A program made the position numbers and the translations under genes. From positions 24,048-88,047 of the forward strand of contig CAWJFK010000029.1 of assembly GCA_963842165.1 (NCBI GenBank): a DNA stretch of 64,000 bases. Reading direction: 5' to 3'. The notes below the pieces were generated by a model, which searched no databases, was not told the origin of the DNA, and worked only from the letters and a program-made list of their open reading frames with translations. Position 1 is the stretch's first letter, and each line of letters opens with the position of its first letter. The DNA is from an uncultured Thermoplasmata archaeon. GTDB taxonomy: Archaea > Thermoplasmatota > Thermoplasmata > Lutacidiplasmatales > UBA184. Shown piece by piece: positions 30,235 to 38,970 of the stretch.

Positions 30235-32277
30235 GCCCCGCGAAGGCGAGCGCGCCGGCGCCGCCCCGTCTGCCGGGTCAGTTCCAGCTCGAGACCGACA
30301 TGGTCCCTCAGGGCGACCAGCCCCAGGCGATCGAGGGGATCGCCCGTCGCATCGCGGACGGCGAGAAGTACGTCACCCTCCTCGGGGTCACCGGCAGCGG
30401 CAAGACGTTCACGATGGCGCACACGGTCCAGCGCCTCCAGCGTCCCACGCTCGTGGTCAGTCCCAACAAGACGCTCGCCGCCCAACTCGTGAGCGAGTTC
30501 CGCGCGCTCTTCCCCAACAGCGCGGTCGAGTACTTCGTCAGCTACTTCGACTACTACCAGCCCGAGGCCTACGTCCCCCAGATCGACCTCTACATCGAGA
30601 AGGATTCGTCCGTCAACGAGGAGATCGACCGGCTCCGCCACCGGGCGACGCAGGCGTTGCTGACCCGCCGGGACGTCCGCTGCGTCGCCTCGGTGAGCTG
30701 CATCTACGGCCTCGGCTCGCCCGAGGACTATCGCGCATCGGTGGTCGAACTCCGGGTGGGCGAGACGATCACCCGGCAGGCGCTGCTCGAGCAGCTCGTC
30801 CACATGAAGTACCAGCGCAACGACGTCGAGCTGAAGCGGGGTCGCTTCACCGTCCGCGGCGGGACGGTCGAGCGTCATGGGGGCGGGCGAGACGGTCCAC
30901 CGGATCGTCCTGGATGGGCGGACGGTCTCGGCCATCGCCGAGCTCGACCCGGTGACGCGCGAGGAGAAGCGGGACTTGAACCAGCTCTCGGTCTTCCCCG
31001 CGACGCATTTCCTGACCGTGGACGAGCGGTTGCGCGAGATCCTGCCTCTGATCGAGCAGGAGCGGGATGTCCGGGTGAAGGAGCTCCTCAAGGCGGAGAA
31101 GATCGTCGAGGCCCAGCGCCTCAAGGGTCGTGTCGACTACGACCTGGAGATGCTCCGCGAGACCGGCTACTGCACCGGCGTGGAGAACTACGCGCGCTAC
31201 TTCGCGGGCCGCAAGGCGGGCGAGCCGCCGTACACCCTCCTCGACTTCTTCCCGGACGACATGCTCGTCTTCCTGGACGAGTCGCACGTCACCGTTCCCC
31301 AGCTGATGGGGATGCACAAGGGCGACCGGAGCCGGAAGGACAACCTGGTCGAGTTCGGTTGGCGGCTGCCGTCGTGCCGGGACAACCGTCCGCTCACATT
31401 CCCCGAATTCCTGGCCCGGGTCCCGCAGGCCGTCTTCGTCTCCGCCACCCCCGGCCCGTTCGAGCGCAAGGTCTCGAAGGGGGTCGTCGAACAGATCATC
31501 CGCCCGACCGGGCTCGTCGACCCACCGATCGAGGTCCGACCGTTGAAGGGGCACATCGAGGACCTCGTGAAGGAGCTGCGCGCGTGCGTGGAGGCCGGCG
31601 ACCGGGCGCTCGTCACCACCCTCACGAAGCGGACGAGCGAAGAGCTCGCGAACTACCTCACCCGACTCGGGCTCCGAGTCCGCTACCTCCATTCCGAGGT
31701 CGAGACGCTCAAGCGGGTCGAAGTCCTGCGCGACCTCCGGATCGGCGAATTCGACATCCTCGTCGGGATCAACCTCCTCCGCGAGGGGCTCGACCTGCCC
31801 GAGGTGAGCTTTGTCGCGATCCTCGACGCCGACAAGGAAGGGTACCTCCGGAGCGAGACGTCGATCGTCCAGACCGCCGGCCGGGCGAGCCGGAACGAGC
31901 GGGGTCGCGTGGTCCTCTACGCCGACCGGGTCACGGGGTCGATGGCGCGGGCGATGGGCGAGATGACCCGCCGGCGCAGCGTCCAGCTCGAGTACAACCG
32001 GGCGAACGGGATCGTTCCCGAGTCGGTCCAGAAGGAGGTCCGCTCGCTCCTCGCGCCGTCCGAGGAAGCCCCCTCCGGAGCGCTGTCGACCTCCGGCCTG
32101 GGAAGGTATTGGAAGGACCGCATGCCGCTCCTCCTCGCCAATCTCGAGGAGGAGATGCGCCTCGCCGCGGAGCGCCTCGACTTTGAGGAAGCGGCGCGCA
32201 TCCGGGACCGCATCCGCGAGGTCAAGCGGGGGGCGGCGGCGGACGGGGCGGCCCGGCGGGGCGCGGCCCGCGCGTAG
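30231..32277 (+). CDS. uvrB: Excinuclease ABC subunit B, frameshifted as sequenced
   Basis: [20 protein letters not shown]...[14 protein letters not shown]...[14 protein letters not shown]...[12 protein letters not shown] / [14 protein letters not shown]...[10 protein letters not shown]...[26 protein letters not shown]...QTAGRASRN...UVR domain [22 protein letters not shown]. The break is near 30871. The GTG start overlaps the previous gene's stop (GTGA). Confidence 0.88.
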
Positions 32278-32395
32278 CGCTGACCCACCGCCTCCGCGGG
32301 CTCGTGGACCCGGGCGGGGTCTGGCGGAGCCGTGGCACCGAGCGGGCGCGGAAAGACTCCCCGACGGACGGGTCTGTCTACCCTCCGTCAGGCCG

Positions 32396-33184
32396 GTGAC
32401 GGTCAGCGACCTCCTGTTCCTGTACGAGTGCGAGACGAGAGAGGTGACGAACCTCCGGTCGGTCGCTGAGCGGCTTGGGCTAACGGTCCAGGCAGCCTCG
32501 CACACGTACCGGAGCCTTTCCCGCCGGGGCATGGTCGAGCTGAGCGGAGGGCACTACCGGTCGACCGTCGAAGGGGTGGATTGGCTCCACTCCGCTTTGG
32601 GGAGCGTCCGGGACGATCTGGCCGATCGCCTCGACCGCTTGCATATCGTCCGAACGACCCGGGCGGTCGCGACCGGTCCGATCGAGAAAGGGGCGCGGGT
32701 GGCGCTCGAGATACGGGCCGGTACTCTCACGGCGCGCGCCGGCGCGAGTCGCGGCTCCCGCGGCCGGGCCCAGTCCCGCGCGGCCGCAGGGGAACTCATC
32801 GAGGTGGGGGAACTCGAGGGGATCGTCCCCCTCCCGCATGGGCACCTGCGGGTGCTGCCACTTTCCGTCGACCGGCTGCACGACCCGGCCTTGGTCGCCG
32901 AAACGCGGACCGTCGTGGCCGCCACCCCGGAGGGGCTGCTGCTCGCGTTCGGGTTGGAGGCCGGTCACGTCCTCGGTCGGGCGAGCCCCCATCGCACCGT
33001 GATCCGGTTCGGGGTGGCGGCCGCGATCGTCGAGGCGACGCGCATGGGCGTTGACTGCACCCTGGTCGTCATCGACCGGGACCTTCCCCGCTTGTTCGAG
33101 CAGATCGGCGGAACGGACGTCCCCCCGGTCGAGTTCCTAGCCCTCGGGGGCGACCGCCGCCCCAGGGGTTCGCGCCCCCGCTAG
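32396..33184 (+). CDS. Putative winged-helix transcriptional regulator with a C-terminal domain of unknown function
   Basis: From the GTG at 32396: DLLFLYECETREVTNLRSVAERLGLTVQAASHTYRSLSRRGMVEL, which is MarR/wHTH-like. No family could be assigned to the remainder. Confidence 0.45.
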   Translation: MTVSDLLFLYECETREVTNLRSVAERLGLTVQAASHTYRSLSRRGMVELSGGHYRSTVEGVDWLHSALGSVRDDLADRLDRLHIVRTTRAVATGPIEKGARVALEIRAGTLTARAGASRGSRGRAQSRAAAGELIEVGELEGIVPLPHGHLRVLPLSVDRLHDPALVAETRTVVAATPEGLLLAFGLEAGHVLGRASPHRTVIRFGVAAAIVEATRMGVDCTLVVIDRDLPRLFEQIGGTDVPPVEFLALGGDRRPRGSRPR

Positions 33185-34453
33185 GAGACGTCCCACGGCC
33201 TGCACGGCCGCCTCCGGGTTCGGGACGAAAGTCGCGCCGGCCGCCCGCAACGCCTCGCGGGCGGTATTCGCCCGGCCGCCCGCGAAGTCGAGTGACGTCC
33301 CGGTGGCGGGCTCCACGACGATCACCGGCGTTCGTGACGCGAAGGGGAGGACGTCTTCGAGATTGGCGAGGTTGGAGGGACCCACGGCGAACGGCGCGAC
33401 CACGATGACGCGCGACTCGCCCAAGAGGGTCCGGTGATGCCCGCGCGTCTCCTCGCTCAACGGGGCGAATGGCCCCTCTACGGCCGCCACAACGCCTAGC
33501 GAATCGGCAGTCTCCGCGTCGGTGTCGAGCAGGTGGAGGGCGCCGGCCGTGACTCGGTAGCCTTCGTCGATCAGGGCGCGGAGGAGCGGGGCCGCGGCGC
33601 CACCGCCCCCCACCACGTGGACCGGTCCCAGGGAAAGCGCGGAGGGGGAAGGATGGCTCTCCGTGATCAGTCGCCGGGGCAGGAGATACGGGAGGCCGCT
33701 TCGGTGGTCGAGCGCCAGTTCGGCGGCGACACCCCACACGCGGGCGAGCAGATCTTCGGAGAGGACGTCGCGAGGGGAACCGTCGGCGACCCGACGCCCC
33801 CTCGAGAGCACCACGATGCGATCGGCGTACCGGGCGGCAAGGTTGAGGTCGTGGAGGGCGGCTATGACCGTAACTCCCTCGCTGCGAGAGAGGGCCCGGA
33901 CCCGGCTCAGGAGGTCGAGCTGGTGCGCGATGTCGAGATGGGAGGTGGGTTCATCCAGCAGGAGGAGGGGCGTCGCCTGCGCCAGGGCTCGGGCGAGGAT
34001 CGCGCGTTGGCGTTCGCCCCCGCTGACGGAAAGGATGCCGTCCTCCGCCCGGTCGGCGAGTCCCACCTCCCCCAGCACCCGGGTCACCAGCGCCCGGTCC
34101 GTCTCGGTTTCCCGGTCGAGCGGACGGAGGTGCGGATACCGCCCGTAGAGGACGTACTGCGCGAGCGGTACGTTCTCGCGGAGTGCCTCGTCCTGAGGGA
34201 CCCACGCGGCCCGCCGAGCGCGCTCCCGGATCGGGAGACGGGGGACCGGCGAGCCGAACAGTTCCACGCCTCCTTCGTCCGGGGTCAGGAAGCCGAGGAT
34301 CGCTCGAAGCAAGGTCGTTTTCCCGGACCCGTTCGGCCCCGCGAGGGCGACGAACTCCCCGGGAGCGATGTCGAACTCCACGGCGTGCAAGGCGACCCGG
34401 TCGCTGTACCGGACCCCCAGTCGGGTGACCCGGACGGCAGGGGTCGGCGTCAT
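33137..34453 (-). CDS. ABC importer ATPase (FecE/BtuD-like) with a C-terminal extension of about 175 aa
   Basis: From the ATG at 34453 (ATGA overlap with the permease stop): LAGPNGSGKTTLLRAI (Walker A), LSGGERQR, LLLLDEPTSHLD. This is followed by VHVVGGGGAAAPLLRALIDEGYRVTAG...VIVVAPFAVGPSNLANL..., a Rossmann-like domain. Confidence 0.8.
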   Translation of the reverse strand: MTPTPAVRVTRLGVRYSDRVALHAVEFDIAPGEFVALAGPNGSGKTTLLRAILGFLTPDEGGVELFGSPVPRLPIRERARRAAWVPQDEALRENVPLAQYVLYGRYPHLRPLDRETETDRALVTRVLGEVGLADRAEDGILSVSGGERQRAILARALAQATPLLLLDEPTSHLDIAHQLDLLSRVRALSRSEGVTVIAALHDLNLAARYADRIVVLSRGRRVADGSPRDVLSEDLLARVWGVAAELALDHRSGLPYLLPRRLITESHPSPSALSLGPVHVVGGGGAAAPLLRALIDEGYRVTAGALHLLDTDAETADSLGVVAAVEGPFAPLSEETRGHHRTLLGESRVIVVAPFAVGPSNLANLEDVLPFASRTPVIVVEPATGTSLDFAGGRANTAREALRAAGATFVPNPEAAVQAVGRLLAGARTPGAAVAPEG

Positions 34454-35497
34454 CCCCCTCCCATGGGAGCGGACCGACGTTGGCGGTAGAGGAGGAACAG
34501 GAAGAACGGCACTCCGGCGAACGCCGTGAAGATCCCGAGCGGCAGGAGGGAGCCCGGAAAGGCGAGGTAGGAGATGTCTCGGGCCCCGAGCAGGAACAGC
34601 GCCCCGATCGCGGCCGACCCGGGAAGGACGACCCGGTAGTCGGTGCCCGCCAACCGCCGCACGATGTGGGGCGAAACGAGTCCCACGAACCCGATGATCC
34701 CGGTGAATGCGACGGCGACCGCGGTCACGAGCGAGCGCGAGGAGGATGACCTGCAACCGCACCCGGGCGGAATCCACCCCGGCGCTCTGGGCCACGTCCG
34801 ACCCCAACTGCAGCAGGTTCAATTCCCGACCGTAAAGGGAGAGCAGGGTGCCGAGGGCCAGGACCGCGCCGAAGGCGATCCCGTCGACCTGCCAGTCCGC
34901 GAGGCCCAGTCCTCCCAGGAGCCAGAACGTGACCTGCTCGCTCCCGGCCGGGTTGTACAGAAGCACGAGGGAGAGGATCGCGGAGAGGAGGTTCGCGAGC
35001 GCCACACCGGAGAGGAGCAAGGTTTCGGTCGAACTGTACCGACCGCGCGCGATCGCCAGGATGAGCAATCCGGTCGAGACAGCTCCCAGGAACGCGAACG
35101 CCGGTAGGTAGAGGTCGGCCTCCGCGACCCCGATCCGGTAGACGTAGATGATCGCCGCCCCGAGCGTCCCCCCGCTCGAGATCCCGAGGAGGAATGGGTC
35201 GGCGAGCGGGTTGCGGAACACGCCCTGGAGCGCGCCCCCGGAAAGCCCGAGCGCCGCGCCGACGATGACCGCGAGGAGGACCTCCGGGAGGTAGAGGTTC
35301 CACACGATGAACGTGTACGCCTCGCATCGCGTGGGCGAGAGCCCCGAACCCGCACACGCGTCGGGGAACAGTCGACCACTGGTGACCTCGTGGAGCAGGA
35401 TTTGGAGCCCCAGACGAATCGGGACGTCGACCGCGCCGAGCAGCGCGGAGAACACCACCAAGAGCCCGCCACCGACCGCGATCAGGATGCCGAGCAC
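34450..35497 (-). CDS. FecCD/BtuC-family ABC permease, frameshifted as sequenced
   Basis: The N-terminal and middle parts lie in track ORF 33137..35497 (LGLSGGALQGVFRNPLADPFLLGISSGG...LLSGVALANLLSAI...). The C-terminus lies in ORF 34450..34728 (AVAFTGIIGFVGLVSPHIVRRLAGTDYRVVLP...GIFTAFAGVPFFLFLL). The break is near 34735. Confidence 0.8.
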
Positions 35498-35552
35498 CCA
35501 GCGTGGGGGACGCGCCGTCCGACGTGACGGCGAGACGCCGGGCCCGGCCGTC

Positions 35553-36566
35553 TCAGGCTCCGACGGGATGGAGGATCGCGAGGAGGGCCGGAATCCCGGC
35601 GAGGATCATCGTCGGGTCGGGCTCCGTAAGCCAATTGGAGTCGATTCCGGTGACATCGCCCCGCTGGACGGCACCGAAGGACGACCAGTCCGGTCCCCCC
35701 GAATACGCGCTCTCGTTGAGGCCGAACCCCTCCCCGTAGACGATGCATCGCGGGTCGTCCAGGAGCACCTGGGCGCTCGAGAGCTCCGGGTAAGGGGTCG
35801 TGGCATTGGCACTGATGCTCGTGCCTCCGGCGAGCTCGATGAGGGAAAGTCCAAAGGTTCCCGGACCGAACGTCCAGTACCCGCCCGAGTCCACGGAATA
35901 GGTCACGAGGACCGTGGGTAGCGGGGTCGGGGCATTCGCCGATACGTTCGTGGCGTGGAAGAGCTCGGAAGAGAGCTCCCCGTTGAGAGCGTTCGCTGCG
36001 TCTTGGACGCCGAAGATCCCCCCGAGCAGGTCGTCGTCGACGAGAACCCCGCTGAGGGTCGGAGCCTGGAGCATCACGACCGGGATGCCGAGTTCATTGG
36101 TGATCTCCTCCACGGCCGCCACCGAGACGAGGGTCGAAGCAAGGACCAGCTGAGGGGTGAGATTGACGAGCATCTCGGGAACGAACGCAGGGGCGACCTG
36201 GACGCACATCGAGGAAGTGAGGTTCCAGAGAGCGACTTGGTCTGACGAGTAATCGTCGGCGAGCCCTCCGTCCGCCGCGGCATAGCAGTCGACGGCGACC
36301 ACATGGTTCCGGAGTCCGAGCCGGTACATGATGTCCATGACGCTCGGGCTCAGGACGGCGACTCGATCTGGGTTGAGCGGGACGCTCACCGTCCGCCCCA
36401 GGTCGTCCGTGACCTGGAGGGAATGGGCCGATGGGGACGGACTCAGGGCAAAGTACGCGGCCGTCGCCGCGACCGCCCCGCCGGCGACCACCAGCACCAG
36501 GACGACGACCCAGGTGAGCGAGACCGTACGAGGGGAGGGACGGGGGTTTACGGGTTTCAATGCCAT
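35553..36566 (-). CDS. ABC importer substrate-binding protein (BtuF/FecB-like) with an N-terminal membrane anchor
   Basis: A TM segment (LTWVVVLVLVVAGGAVAATAAYF) is followed by VTDDLGRTVSVPLNPDRVAVLSPSVMDIMYRLGL...PQLVLAS. It is the first gene of the importer operon. Confidence 0.7.
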   Translation of the reverse strand: MALKPVNPRPSPRTVSLTWVVVLVLVVAGGAVAATAAYFALSPSPSAHSLQVTDDLGRTVSVPLNPDRVAVLSPSVMDIMYRLGLRNHVVAVDCYAAADGGLADDYSSDQVALWNLTSSMCVQVAPAFVPEMLVNLTPQLVLASTLVSVAAVEEITNELGIPVVMLQAPTLSGVLVDDDLLGGIFGVQDAANALNGELSSELFHATNVSANAPTPLPTVLVTYSVDSGGYWTFGPGTFGLSLIELAGGTSISANATTPYPELSSAQVLLDDPRCIVYGEGFGLNESAYSGGPDWSSFGAVQRGDVTGIDSNWLTEPDPTMILAGIPALLAILHPVGA

Positions 36567-36694
36567 TAGACTGCAGGCAAATGATGTTTCGGATAAGCGT
36601 TTCGTGGAGGTGGACCGTCAGGGTCGGTCCTCCGCCCCCGGGAATCGGCAGCATAACAAAGGATATCTCTACCGGCACTCCCGGGGGTGCCGGA

Positions 36695-36855
36695 GGGAGC
36701 ATAGGCTAACTTGGTAGACCAGCGGGCTCCAGTCAGGGCGACCGTCAGGTCCCCTGAGATTAGGGTCTGCGGAGGGGTGCATCGCGCCCCAATGACGAGT
36801 GACTGGAGCGCGCGGAGAGACCCGCATATGGGGGTTCAAATCCCCCTGCTCCCAC
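36695..36855 (+). tRNA. tRNA-Trp (anticodon CCA) with an 87-nt intron at the canonical 37/38 position
   Basis: - Acceptor stem: GGGAGCA (36695-701) pairs perfectly with TGCTCCC (36848-854); the discriminator is A.
- Anticodon stem: GCGGG (36722-726) pairs with CCCGC (36821-825).
- Anticodon loop: CU-CCA-G...A.
- T arm: GGGGG-TTCAAAT-CCCCC (36831-847).
- The mature length is 74 nt.
- The D stem has one C-A mismatch.
- No CCA end is encoded. Confidence 0.85.
36733..36819 (+). other. tRNA-Trp intron with bulge-helix-bulge (BHB) potential and an internal guide-like element
   Basis: - CUCC (36727-730) can pair with GGAG (36814-817), flanked by 3-nt bulges that hold both splice sites.
- TGACTGGAGC (36800-809) is complementary to GCTCCAGTCA (36726-735).
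- CUGA lies at 36754-757 and UGACGA at 36793-798.
- A 7-bp hairpin lies at 36774-36790. Confidence 0.6.
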
Positions 36856-36877
36856 GGGCCCAGCCCGCGGGTCTCTC
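36844..36877 (+). repeat. Direct repeat copy 1 (tRNA-Trp 3' end plus 23 nt), attL-like
   Basis: CCCTGCTCCCACGGGCCCAGCCCGCGGGTCTCTC. It matches 37578-37611 at 31 of 34 positions. Confidence 0.8.
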
Positions 36878-36914
36878 ACCGGGATCGAGGAACTACGCCG
36901 AGTGCTAGGTGGGT

Positions 36915-37229
36915 TCACCGCCGGCGGACGGCGAGACGCCTGCGCACCTCGGCGCGCATCGCTGCGGAGTAGGCGGGCGGGCGGGCCACGATGGCGAGGT
37001 ATACCAACACGGAGCCGTCGACAATGTAGAACACTCGCTTGGCACCGAGGCGGAACCTCCAGACACGAGGGAGGTCGCGCAGCTCCTTCACCTGCAGCCA
37101 AGGATAGGAGCGGAAGGGGTTCGCCAAGAGGTAATCGGTGAGAGCGCGCAATTGGACCTGAAGTGGGCGGGGAAGGCGGAGGAACTCTCTTCGCGCTTCG
37201 ACCGTGAACTCCGCTGAATCGAGGGTCAA
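36915..37229 (-). CDS. relE: RelE/ParE-family toxin
   Basis: The 104-aa ORF reads FTVEARREFLRLPRPLQVQLRALTDYLLANPF...LQVKELRDLPRVWRFRLGAKRVFYIVDGSVLVYLAIVARPPAY, a RelE/ParE-like pattern. A 4-nt overlap joins it to the upstream antitoxin. Confidence 0.7.
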   Translation of the reverse strand: MTLDSAEFTVEARREFLRLPRPLQVQLRALTDYLLANPFRSYPWLQVKELRDLPRVWRFRLGAKRVFYIVDGSVLVYLAIVARPPAYSAAMRAEVRRRLAVRRR

Positions 37230-37438
37230 ACCCCCGCCTCGCGGAAGACCTGCTCGGCAGGGTAGCGAGTACTTTCCCGGATCCTTCGCCGCAGCTCCTT
37301 GAGGAAAGCCGGAGAATAGTTTGCCTCCACGAGCTCCTGAAGAAGCTCATCATACGATTCCCCGGCGACCTTCACCGATTCCAACAAGCGTCGCGTGCTG
37401 GAATGAACCGAAATGGTCGTGATCGGATCGCTTGCCAT
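37226..37438 (-). CDS. Antitoxin (COG1753/VapB-like motif TIxVxxSTRxLLESxKxxGESYDELxxEL)
   Basis: The 70-aa ORF begins MASDPITTISVHSSTRRLLESVKVAGESYDELLQELVEANY. It is paralogous to 55284..55514. The family assignment is from memory of the motif only. Confidence 0.6.
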   Translation of the reverse strand: MASDPITTISVHSSTRRLLESVKVAGESYDELLQELVEANYSPAFLKELRRRIRESTRYPAEQVFREAGV

Positions 37439-37446
37439 GGTGTGCT

Positions 37447-37462
37447 AATTATCGATAATTAT
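37447..37462. promoter_or_regulatory. Perfect 16-bp palindrome TAATTATCGATAATTA, a putative TA operator overlapping the promoter
   Basis: It starts 9 nt upstream of the antitoxin ATG (37438), in the only strongly AT-rich stretch of the spacer. Confidence 0.5.
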
Positions 37463-37577
37463 TACTTAAAATCTCGGACCCGCCTGTTTCTAGATGTGAT
37501 TCTGACCGGATGGATTCCGTGGAGGGTCCGGGCTCTCGGAGCTAAGGTATCCGAAGCCCTCAAACTCGGGTCGTATT

Positions 37578-37611
37578 CCCTGCTCCCACGGGCCTAGCCT
37601 ACGGGTCTCTC
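37578..37611 (+). repeat. Direct repeat copy 2, attR-like
   Basis: CCCTGCTCCCACGGGCCTAGCCTACGGGTCTCTC. It has 3 mismatches to copy 1 and no tRNA body upstream. Confidence 0.8.
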
Positions 37612-37712
37612 CCTAGGGACGATGAATCACCGGATCCCCGTCCCGGGAGGGGGTCGAGGAGGCCGGTGTTCTAGGCCCCGTCGAAAGGCCGTTGACGGGC
37701 CGGGGAGCATAA

Positions 37713-38159
37713 TTGTGGCCCTCGCATGTGCGTGCAGTGACTTGGACTCACCGCCGAAAAATACTGACCGCCATTTTGGTGGGCGTGGCGACGGTGAGCG
37801 TCGTTACGACCTTGGTTTTGCTCTGGGTCCCCGTCTCCCAAGAACCATCGGGTTACACCATGATCGGAACCCAACTCTACTCGTTTGAGGCGAAGAATGT
37901 GTTCGGTTCGACCTGGTCGAACTTCTCCTATCGAGGGGTCACGTTCGCGTTCCACGTCTGGTGCGCGATCACCCCCGCCGCGGGAGAGATTTGCGGGAAT
38001 GTGTCGGAATCGAATGGCGGGATCTTCCCCTTCGAATTCTCGGATGGACCTCCCAGTCCGCAACCGCATTGGGAAACCTGGGTCGCGCCGGATGGTCAGT
38101 CCGCGATTCAATTCGAATCACTCTCGGGCGGGCTGGTCCATCTCCTCGTCGCTGCCTGA
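37713..38159 (+). CDS. Hypothetical membrane-anchored protein
   Basis: An N-terminal TM segment (ILTAILVGVATVSVVTTLVLLWV) is followed by a soluble domain. It looks lower in GC than its surroundings. The start codon is uncertain (TTG at 37713, GTG at 37728 or 37737). No family was recognised. Confidence 0.4.
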   Translation: MWPSHVRAVTWTHRRKILTAILVGVATVSVVTTLVLLWVPVSQEPSGYTMIGTQLYSFEAKNVFGSTWSNFSYRGVTFAFHVWCAITPAAGEICGNVSESNGGIFPFEFSDGPPSPQPHWETWVAPDGQSAIQFESLSGGLVHLLVAA

Positions 38160-38403
38160 GCCTCGTGACCTCGCGAAGTCGGGGGGCGAGGGGTCAGGCG
38201 GGCCGTACGTTGTTCACCGAGGGCCAAGGTCCGGAACCGTTGCGTAATGAAGGGAAGGCTCGAGCGGGAGGGGGGTCCCGCCCGAGGCCGAAATGGTTTA
38301 CGCCACCAAGAACCGCAGGATTCGACGCCGATAGACGAGCCGGCGAACCGCTGACGGGGGAGAATCCGTTACCCTAAGCCGACCCTGAGTATGTCGGGAG
38401 AAG

Positions 38404-38886
38404 GTGTTCCCGGTGAAGTGGGTTACTCGAGAGAAAGCAAGAGTAGACCGAATCGCGTGTCCGTGGTTGATCCAGCGGTTCATCGACAAGGACGCGGAGT
38501 TCCTCTACGTCCCGAAGGAGGATGTGATGAGGGTGGCGAAGGACCGTGGAGCGACTCCCTTCGATATCGCGGGGGCGGAGCTTCACCACTTCGAGGAGGG
38601 AGGAAGAGAGTTCGTCAGCTTTGACGCGATCATCCGAAAGTACAGGCTGACCGACCCGGCCCTGCTCGAATTGGCGAAGATCGTTCGCGTCGCGGACGGG
38701 GGTTCGGGCACCGAACCCGAAGCTGCGGGCCTCGAGGCGGCCGCGACGGGGTTCCGAATTCTGGTTCGGGACGACCTCGAGAACCAGCGCCTTCAGTTCC
38801 CTCTCTACGACGCGCTCTATGCCTACTGCAAGTGGAGGGTCGAGGAGGGAGGGAAGCTCGAACACACCACGACCCGATCCGGGTAG
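38404..38886 (+). CDS. ChrB C-terminal-domain protein (chromate resistance-associated)
   Basis: KWVTREKARVDRIACPWLIQRFIDKDAEFLYVPKEDV matches the conserved N-terminal motif of this domain as remembered. Confidence 0.6.
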   Translation: MFPVKWVTREKARVDRIACPWLIQRFIDKDAEFLYVPKEDVMRVAKDRGATPFDIAGAELHHFEEGGREFVSFDAIIRKYRLTDPALLELAKIVRVADGGSGTEPEAAGLEAAATGFRILVRDDLENQRLQFPLYDALYAYCKWRVEEGGKLEHTTTRSG

Positions 38887-38970
38887 CTATCGTGCGGGGC
38901 GGAGAGCTGATTCGTCGCTCCCACCGTCCTTGATGCCATTGGCGCACGTCGACGGACCGGAGGGCGTTTG

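Larger units (their letters stand above)
36844..37611. mobile_element. Putative integrated cassette or integration remnant carrying only a RelE-type TA pair
   Basis: A 34-bp imperfect direct repeat that includes the tRNA-Trp 3' end brackets 700 bp holding the toxin, the antitoxin and their promoter. No integrase is present. Confidence 0.4.

Noticed and set aside
25990-35497. Apparent fusion proteins in the ORF track: PPC-Lhr (25990..29328), LarE-UvrB (29403..32186) and permease-ATPase (33137..35497).
   Set aside because: In each case an internal start with a typical N-terminus and a 4-nt start/stop overlap, or a frame break, separates two ordinary genes. The joints are translated spacer or out-of-frame sequence.
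36567-36694. A cobalamin riboswitch upstream of the BtuF-like gene.
   Set aside because: No B12-box-like sequence or convincing multi-stem fold was seen. The spacer is short and must also hold the divergent tRNA-Trp promoter. Such riboswitches are not established in archaea.
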